Positions 27,405 through 32,993 of a stretch of DNA of 32,993 nucleotides are shown piece by piece. Position 1 is the stretch's first letter. Every line of letters begins with the position of its first letter. The position numbers were made by a program, and so were the translations under genes. The notes beneath the pieces were generated by a model that had not been told where the DNA came from, made no database searches, and worked only from the letters and a program-made list of their open reading frames with translations. The DNA lies in NCBI GenBank assembly GCA_043777715.1, contig JAYWHL010000080.1, positions 1 through 32,993 of the forward strand, read 5' to 3'. This DNA is from Cytophagaceae bacterium. GTDB taxonomy: Bacteria; Bacteroidota; Bacteroidia; Cytophagales; Spirosomataceae.

Positions 27405-28094
27405 TCAAAACAAATCTTTCAGGGTCAGTAGGGAACAAATAGAAAATGTAGCTTGGGGGCAAAGTAAGCCTTCGGGATTGTAATAAACGGTGTCAATACC
27501 TACTAAATTAGCTCCTTTGATGTCGGTTTGGGCGTTGTCGCCAATCATTACCACGTCGTTTTTTTGTAAATGAAGATAATCCAAAACATATTCAAAAATC
27601 CTAGGGTCGGGTTTTTTGGCGCCAGCCCGTTGCGAAGTAAACATCTCCTTAAAATAATGGTCAATCTTAGACGAAGTTAGCTTTTGGCCTTGAATCTCAA
27701 CAAAACCGTTGGTTATTAAATGCAAATCATATTTTGGCAAAAGGTAATCCAGCGTTTCAATAGCCCCTGACATTAAATGAGGTTTCAGAGGGCTTATCCG
27801 CAAATATTCATCGTTTAACTCATCGCAAAGGCTGTGGTCAGACACGCCCAATTGGTCAAAAACCTGCCTAAATCTACGAAAACGTAGCTCTGTTTGCGTA
27901 ATCAAATTTTGGTCGTACAAATCCCAAACCTCGGTATTAGCCACCCCAAAAGCATCAACAAAAGTCTGTGGTGTGGGTATTCCTAAGTTATTCAACTCAT
28001 AAAAATCGTACAATTCAACAAGAGCCTCAGCGGCGTTGCGTTCATAATCCCAAAGGGTGTGGTCGAGGTCAAAGAAAATGGCTTTTTTGGTCAT
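27405..28094 (-). CDS. HAD-superfamily hydrolase (YjjG-like nucleotidase subfamily)
   Basis: HAD motif I FFDLDHTLWDY sits directly after the internal Met at 28094. Motif IV MIGDNAQTDIKGA is present. The longer ORF reaching 28226 adds 44 non-HAD residues and would overlap the upstream gene, so I prefer the 230-aa form. Confidence 0.8.
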   Translation of the reverse strand: MTKKAIFFDLDHTLWDYERNAAEALVELYDFYELNNLGIPTPQTFVDAFGVANTEVWDLYDQNLITQTELRFRRFRQVFDQLGVSDHSLCDELNDEYLRISPLKPHLMSGAIETLDYLLPKYDLHLITNGFVEIQGQKLTSSKIDHYFKEMFTSQRAGAKKPDPRIFEYVLDYLHLQKNDVVMIGDNAQTDIKGANLVGIDTVYYNPEGLLCPQATFSICSLLTLKDLF

Positions 28095-28197
28095 AAAGTA
28101 GGGGAGTGGCAAGTGAAATTTTATGGTAAAGATTAAACAGATCCATTGAAAATACCTTTGTTTTAATGAATCTGTGGCAGAAAACTTTAGCAAATAC

Positions 28198-28827
28198 TTA
28201 AAACAAACTCGTTTGAATACCAGCATTGGCGGGTAACGTAAATATCTTTTTATCGGTAATTAGCTTACGGTTTGTTTCTAAAAAATCAGTAAAAACATCA
28301 AGTTGGTTGAACAAAGGCCGAAAATCATAAGAATCTAAATAATAACTTTCGAGATAAACCTGTTCCATGTCGGTAATGAGGTAGTCTAGTTGATTGATAT
28401 TATATTTTTTAAGTCCCAAAAGGTATAAATTTTGAAAATTAAAAGCGAACTTATCAGTTTCATACCTTCCAGTTGTTTTAATGTCAATGGCTTTGTGGTC
28501 GCCAACCAAATCTACGAAACCATAAATTTCAACGTCTTTTATCACGCACGAAAGATAAACCTGCGTTTTGTATTTTTGGGGAAGATGTTTACGCATACTT
28601 GCCAAAATTAGTGGAGGAAATTCGTCTTCGTCGATTCCTTTGAGCAAAGCGTCTTCAAAATTAATTCCTCTTGTTTGGGCTTCGGTAGCAGGTATTTTTA
28701 CTCGGTTAATGCGGTTTATCATACCCTCAAAATCAAGGTAAGGTTGCCCATTACTGGCCATTTTACCCTCTTGATACAAGGCAAAACTATTGAGCAACGT
28801 TGGGTAAATACGATAGCGAGAAGGCAT
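28198..28827 (-). CDS. standalone PD-(D/E)XK (RecB/Cas4-like fold) nuclease, uncharacterised
   Basis: The motif series GINFED, GFVDLVGD, AIDIKTT and FQNLYLLG fits the G..E / D / (D/E)xK / Q..Y pattern of RecB-family nucleases. The start is placed at MPSRYRIYPT (28827). The ORF could extend to 28902. Confidence 0.55.
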   Translation of the reverse strand: MPSRYRIYPTLLNSFALYQEGKMASNGQPYLDFEGMINRINRVKIPATEAQTRGINFEDALLKGIDEDEFPPLILASMRKHLPQKYKTQVYLSCVIKDVEIYGFVDLVGDHKAIDIKTTGRYETDKFAFNFQNLYLLGLKKYNINQLDYLITDMEQVYLESYYLDSYDFRPLFNQLDVFTDFLETNRKLITDKKIFTLPANAGIQTSLF

Positions 28828-28921
28828 AGGTAAAACAGGAGGGGGTAAAAGATAAAAAAATGATTGCGTTTTTAGGTATGCCACGCTTTCGAAGCGTGCC
28901 ACGCCTCATCTATTCAAAATC

Positions 28922-30397
28922 CTATTCCAAAGCCCTGATACTAAGCCGTTTTACTTGGGCTTTGCCAAATATTTTTAGATTTCTAGGCGAATTGGCTCTC
29001 GGAAAAATCAAATCAGAAACCGTGGTTTTTCCATCATTGATAAACGCCTCAATCGAGCAACGGTCTAGGAGTAATTGCATTTTTAGCGTATTCTTTCCTT
29101 TCAAAACCTTAACGCTTTCTTTACTCATAAATGCAGGGTGGATAACCTCTCCTGATTTTTGTCTGTTTATCTCAAAACGCTCATTACTAGGGCTATACGA
29201 AACTATTGTTTCACTTTCTCGGTCGTCGGTAGCCAACTTAAAGCCAAAATCTTCGGTGTTTTTCCAAACAAAGGTAGCCTCTATCATCAAGGATTTGTTG
29301 GAATAATTGGCCAAAATGTCGTTGAGTTGGGCTTGGTTTTTGTTTTCAAAAAGCTGGGCTTTTTCTTGGCCTATTTTAGCGATTTCCTTAACAGGTTTTT
29401 GGCGAAGCCTCAAGCCTTCGGGTGTTTCATACAAAGATAATTCTCGTGGCGTATTCATCTGGCCTTTCCACGGAAACGTTGGTATTTCGCCCGCATATTG
29501 CCAACTCGACATCCAACCCAAAATAATATTTCGCTGATTTGGGGCATCATAAAACGGCACGGCTGCGTAATGGTCTTTGCCGTAGTCGATGTATAAAGTT
29601 TGTTTTGGAGAAAGACTATTATTAAAGGTTTTGCCGTCAAAGTCTCCCACAAAATACTGCATTCCTACATACCCTTCCTCTGGGCCATTGCTAGATACAA
29701 GCAACACCCATTTTTTTGTTTTTTTGCCTTCAACGGCCACTTCCATCAGGGCTGGGCATTCCCAAATTTTACGCAAATCGCCTTGCTTCCCAAATTCGCC
29801 TAGTTTTTCCCAGTTTTTTAAGTTTTTAGAACCATAAAACAGCACTTTAAAGTCGGTTGGAGCCACCACCGACATCACCCACTGCTGGCTTGGGTTATGC
29901 CAAATGATATTGGGGTCTCTGAAATCTTTGGCATGGTTGAGGTCTAGTACCGAGCCAAATTTTGTCCAAGTACGGCCTTTATCGTTCGAGTACGCCAAGT
30001 GTTGGTCTTCGTATTTGCCGTGGTGGTCGGCGGTGTAAATGGCCACCATACAGGGCTTATTGCCTGTGCCAAAGCCACTTGTGTTGTTTTTGTCTATTAC
30101 CACACAGCCCGAAAATATCCAAACCGAGTCTTGCGGAATGGCCACGGGCAACTCCGTCCAACTAAATAAATCTTTGCTTACGGCATGGCCCCAGCTCATG
30201 TTTCCCCACTGGTTTTCGGTGGGATTATGCTGAAAAAACAAGTGATATTCTCCCTCAAAATAAACCAACCCGTTAGGGTCGTTGATCCAGTTTTTTTGGG
30301 GAGAAAAATGAAAAACAGGCCGCCAATGGTCGGTATTTTGTTGTGCAAAAGCACCCAAAGCCATCAAAAGCAAAAGTATAGATAGAATAATTCGCAT
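28922..30397 (-). CDS. glycoside hydrolase family 32 (beta-fructofuranosidase/levanase-like), secreted
   Basis: 491-aa ORF with a signal peptide. It carries the GH32 catalytic motifs NWINDPNG (nucleophile), FRDPNI (RDP) and WECP (acid/base). Confidence 0.92.
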   Translation of the reverse strand: MRIILSILLLLMALGAFAQQNTDHWRPVFHFSPQKNWINDPNGLVYFEGEYHLFFQHNPTENQWGNMSWGHAVSKDLFSWTELPVAIPQDSVWIFSGCVVIDKNNTSGFGTGNKPCMVAIYTADHHGKYEDQHLAYSNDKGRTWTKFGSVLDLNHAKDFRDPNIIWHNPSQQWVMSVVAPTDFKVLFYGSKNLKNWEKLGEFGKQGDLRKIWECPALMEVAVEGKKTKKWVLLVSSNGPEEGYVGMQYFVGDFDGKTFNNSLSPKQTLYIDYGKDHYAAVPFYDAPNQRNIILGWMSSWQYAGEIPTFPWKGQMNTPRELSLYETPEGLRLRQKPVKEIAKIGQEKAQLFENKNQAQLNDILANYSNKSLMIEATFVWKNTEDFGFKLATDDRESETIVSYSPSNERFEINRQKSGEVIHPAFMSKESVKVLKGKNTLKMQLLLDRCSIEAFINDGKTTVSDLIFPRANSPRNLKIFGKAQVKRLSIRALE

Positions 30398-30574
30398 AAA
30401 AAGAAGTTAAGGAGATTAAACGTGAAGAATAAAGGTAAGGTTTTTTGTCAAATTTTGGGCTTAATCGGCGTAATCGGTAGCTATTTTTGAGTGGAAAAAC
30501 GCAACAGTGCAAAATCTAGGATTAAAAATTAATAATCTTCACTAAATTAGCAACCTAATGAAAACACTTGCCCC

Positions 30575-31201
30575 ATGATAACCACAAAAAGTACTAAAAA
30601 AATACTCCCACGCATTCCTGCCAAAAAAATACCCTCGTCCTTGATTTATGAAATCATGGACGGTAAACCTATTTATTACAAAGGATATAGAGAGGTAATT
30701 GCACAAACTAAAACCAAAGAAGAAATTATGGGCGCCAGTACACTACAAAATACAATCATAGAATACATTTTGAGGATTTTGTTTAGAAATTTAGACGATA
30801 AAAAATTTAGAATCCTCACAAATGAACAAGGTTTGCATATTGGCCTAAAAACAAACTTTTCGGCTGATATTGCTATTTTTGAGACAGAAAAACTGCCCGT
30901 AAAATCTGCCGATAAGCACTATGCCCAAGTTCCGCCAAAAATTCAGATAGAGGTGGATATTGATGCAGATTTAGAAGATTTTGAATTTTTAGATGCCTAT
31001 ATCTATTCTAAAACAGAAAAACTTTTAGACTTCGGTATCGAAAAAATGATATGGGTTATGTCGGGTAATAAAAAAATATTAGTGGCCACCAAAGACGAAA
31101 ATTGGCAGGTAATCAACTGGAATAAAGACATTGAAATAACAGAGGGTATATTATTCAATATCGGAAAATATCTAAAAGACGAAGGCTCTCCTTTTGCTTG
31201 A
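30575..31201 (+). CDS. Uma2-family (DUF820) putative restriction-type endonuclease
   Basis: 208-aa ORF. Its layout resembles Uma2 proteins (ADIAIFE ... PPKIQIEVD acidic core), with the N-terminal part typical of the family. Confidence 0.65.
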   Translation: MITTKSTKKILPRIPAKKIPSSLIYEIMDGKPIYYKGYREVIAQTKTKEEIMGASTLQNTIIEYILRILFRNLDDKKFRILTNEQGLHIGLKTNFSADIAIFETEKLPVKSADKHYAQVPPKIQIEVDIDADLEDFEFLDAYIYSKTEKLLDFGIEKMIWVMSGNKKILVATKDENWQVINWNKDIEITEGILFNIGKYLKDEGSPFA

Positions 31202-31207
31202 TTTTGA

Positions 31208-31268
31208 CCAAAATTTGTTGAAGTATTGCTTTCGCAAAGATATTTGGTGGGCCGCCAAATACAGAAGG
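31208..31268. repeat. REP-like repeat, copy 3 (full unit)
   Basis: ccaaaatttgttgaagTATTGCTTTCGCAAAGatatttggtgggccgccaaatacagaagg. It begins 7 nt after the Uma2 stop codon. The 16-mer at 31224-31239 is identical to copy 2. Confidence 0.65.
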
Positions 31269-31333
31269 ATTTTTCCTCACAATATCCGCCTATCTTCTTC
31301 CTAACCAACGTATTCTACAAACCAACGATTTTG

Positions 31334-31341
31334 TATCTTTG
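31334..31341 (+). promoter_or_regulatory. -7 box TATCTTTG upstream of the unknown lipoprotein gene
   Basis: Exact TAnnTTTG match about 98 nt upstream of the ATG at 31439. I saw no clear -33 TTTG. Confidence 0.3.
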
Positions 31342-31438
31342 CAAATCAAAAATTGATAGAACCCAAAAGGTGTGATGGTTCAAATTATAGAATCTATCAA
31401 TAACCAACAGGAAAATATACCTAAAAAACCAAACATTA

Positions 31439-32884
31439 ATGTTTAGAATATTATCATTGTCTATTTTATTAATAGCTTGTTTTTCAATAAGTTGTACTCG
31501 AACCATAGACAAAACGCCCAATCAGTTAGCGGCAGAATGGCAAGCCAAAAATCCTGATATTGTTAGTAAATTACAAGAACAAGCGGCTGGCGGTGGGGCT
31601 GCCCCACAGGTTTTGCCTTCAAAACCAGAGGATACCGATTTTTTGGATAATGGAATCATCAAAATTGGCGTAAACAAGGGTGCGGGGGCGGCCATAACCT
31701 ACTTGGCAGATAAACAACGAAACCAAAATTTGGTCAATAATTATGACCTTGGTCGTCAAATCCAAACATCGCTGTATAGTGGGCCAGTGCCGTTTTCTCA
31801 AAATGGAAAATCGCCAAATCCTGCATGGACAAACGCAGGTTGGAACCCCGTTCAAGCAGGCGACACTTATGGCAATTGGTCTAAAACACTGGAATTTAAA
31901 AACGACGGTAAACAGATATATTCCAAGGCTATTCCTATGCAATGGGCTTTGAATGGCGAACTTTGCGACTGTATTTACGAAAACTGGATAAGCCTCGAAA
32001 ACAACACCGTAAAGGTGCGTAGTCGGCTAACCAATAACCGCCTAGACCGTAGTCGCTACAATGCTCATTTCCAGGAATTGCCCGCCGTAATACTTAATTC
32101 TTTTTTGTATAAGATTTATACCTATTCGGGTACAAATCCTTTTCAAAACGAAGCCGTTTCTACCATAAACAATCAAGATGTAGCCAATCAGTTTCCTGCA
32201 TTGGAAAATTGGGTTGCCCTAGTTGGAGACGATAATTGGGGCGTAGGTGTTTGGAAACCAGATACTTATCGGTTTGTGGCTGGTTTTTTTGGAAAACCGA
32301 AGTCGGGAGGGGAAACAGAATACGGGACTTCGTACATGGCACCAGTGCAAAACGAAATCCTAGACCATAATATCGTTTATGAGTTTGATTATACCCTAAT
32401 TTTAGGCCAATTAGACGACATTCGGGCTTATGTTTATAAAAACACCAATAACCAACAACGCCTGCCAAACTATCGGTTTGAAAAAGACCGACAACATTTT
32501 TATTATACCGACAAAACCACCGATGCGGGCCTACCCAATGGCGAACTGAATATAAACTTAGACCAACCCCTCACCGAGCTTTATGGGCCATATTGCCAGT
32601 TTAAAGCTACTGATGTGCCTAAAATATACATAACCGCTGCCTACCAAACCAATCAAACCACAGGCAGACTGTACTGGTACAAAGACCCTCGAAGTTTGGC
32701 ATTCGTTCCTGCCGCCAGTATAACGTATCCAATCATTGCCGATGGCCAGTATCACACCTACGAGCTAGATCTCAGCAAACATAGCGAATGGAACGGCAAC
32801 ATATTTAGGTTAATGTTAGCCCCAATAGACCGCCAAACGGGGGGTAATTTTAAAATCAAAAGTATTACTTATCTTAAAAATTGA
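31439..32884 (+). CDS. lipoprotein of unknown function (possibly carbohydrate-active)
   Basis: 481-aa ORF with a lipobox (LIACFSISCT). It is rich in W/Y/N like glycan-binding proteins. The C-terminal beta-sandwich-like segment ends FRLMLAPID. I recognise no catalytic motif. Confidence 0.6.
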   Translation: MFRILSLSILLIACFSISCTRTIDKTPNQLAAEWQAKNPDIVSKLQEQAAGGGAAPQVLPSKPEDTDFLDNGIIKIGVNKGAGAAITYLADKQRNQNLVNNYDLGRQIQTSLYSGPVPFSQNGKSPNPAWTNAGWNPVQAGDTYGNWSKTLEFKNDGKQIYSKAIPMQWALNGELCDCIYENWISLENNTVKVRSRLTNNRLDRSRYNAHFQELPAVILNSFLYKIYTYSGTNPFQNEAVSTINNQDVANQFPALENWVALVGDDNWGVGVWKPDTYRFVAGFFGKPKSGGETEYGTSYMAPVQNEILDHNIVYEFDYTLILGQLDDIRAYVYKNTNNQQRLPNYRFEKDRQHFYYTDKTTDAGLPNGELNINLDQPLTELYGPYCQFKATDVPKIYITAAYQTNQTTGRLYWYKDPRSLAFVPAASITYPIIADGQYHTYELDLSKHSEWNGNIFRLMLAPIDRQTGGNFKIKSITYLKN

Positions 32885-32906
32885 TGGTATTTGTTAATCA
32901 TAAATT

Positions 32907-32993
32907 ATGAATACGATAAACCTTGCCGATTATACTTATCACTTACCCGACCACCGCATCGCTCTTTTTCCTGTCGAACCCCGAGAGCATTCA
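32907..32993 (+). CDS. queA: S-adenosylmethionine:tRNA ribosyltransferase-isomerase QueA (5' fragment, truncated by window end)
   Basis: ATG at 32907. The translation MNTINLADYTYHLPDHRIALFPVEPREHS matches the conserved QueA N-terminus pattern (DFDYxLPxxxIAxxPxxxRdxS). Confidence 0.7.
   Translation, partial: MNTINLADYTYHLPDHRIALFPVEPREHS

Noticed and set aside
28095-28226. 44-codon N-terminal extension of the HAD ORF, which would overlap the upstream nuclease gene by 29 nt
   Set aside because: HAD motif I (DxDxT) begins 9 residues after the internal Met at 28094, as in normal HAD proteins. The extension is hydrophobic or odd in composition and creates an unlikely overlap.
28828-28902. 25-codon N-terminal extension of the PD-(D/E)XK nuclease ORF
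   Set aside because: The extension (MARFESVAYLKTQSFFYLLPPPVLP) has no obvious function. I preferred the internal Met at 28827, but this is uncertain and either start remains possible.
28860-30385. Multiple plus-strand ORFs (62-148 aa) across the GH32 gene
   Set aside because: They are shadow ORFs opposite a gene with all three GH32 catalytic motifs. No independent support exists.
1-32993. Search for CRISPR arrays, tRNA/rRNA genes, IS elements, integrases, reverse transcriptases and paired small toxin-antitoxin ORFs
   Set aside because: I saw no regularly spaced direct repeats, no cloverleaf-compatible intergenic sequence, no transposase, integrase or RT motifs in any listed ORF, and no adjacent small-ORF pairs. 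The only repeats found are the short REP-like units reported above.

Overview
The window looks like a chromosomal segment from a Bacteroidota genome, probably Cytophagia- or Flavobacteriia-like. Supporting signs are low GC, TAnnTTTG-type -7 promoter boxes, a long NusB, DUF1573, a GldD-like lipoprotein and lipoprotein signal peptides. I support 29 protein-coding genes, the last truncated by the window edge. Most are housekeeping: fatty-acid CoA ligase, crotonase, mnmG, glpK, ettA, acyl-CoA dehydrogenase, the nusB-ytxH-DUF1573-yajC-ybbR cluster, an MsbA-like ABC exporter, gldD and queA. I found no rRNA, tRNA, CRISPR array, transposase or integrase. The most unusual signal is non-coding. The largest intergenic gap (5878-6499) holds a same-strand cluster of two perfect and four near-perfect DnaA boxes flanked by AT-rich tracts, 2.7 kb from mnmG (gidA). 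I read this as a candidate oriC or DnaA-controlled locus. A perfect palindrome made of two consensus DnaA boxes lies 3.2 kb away at 2762-2795. Other items worth a second look: a REP-like hairpin repeat family with three copies around a small accessory islet between gldD and queA (HAD phosphatase, standalone PD-(D/E)XK nuclease, GH32 fructosidase, Uma2 endonuclease, unknown lipoprotein); a consensus promoter with no gene to serve in a convergent intergenic region; an Rpn/PDDEXK_2-type nuclease that could carry an intragenic antitoxin; a SAM methyltransferase overlapping the mnmG stop codon; and a secreted HExxH-peptidase/MORN fusion. All functional calls come from motif recognition by eye. No database search was run.
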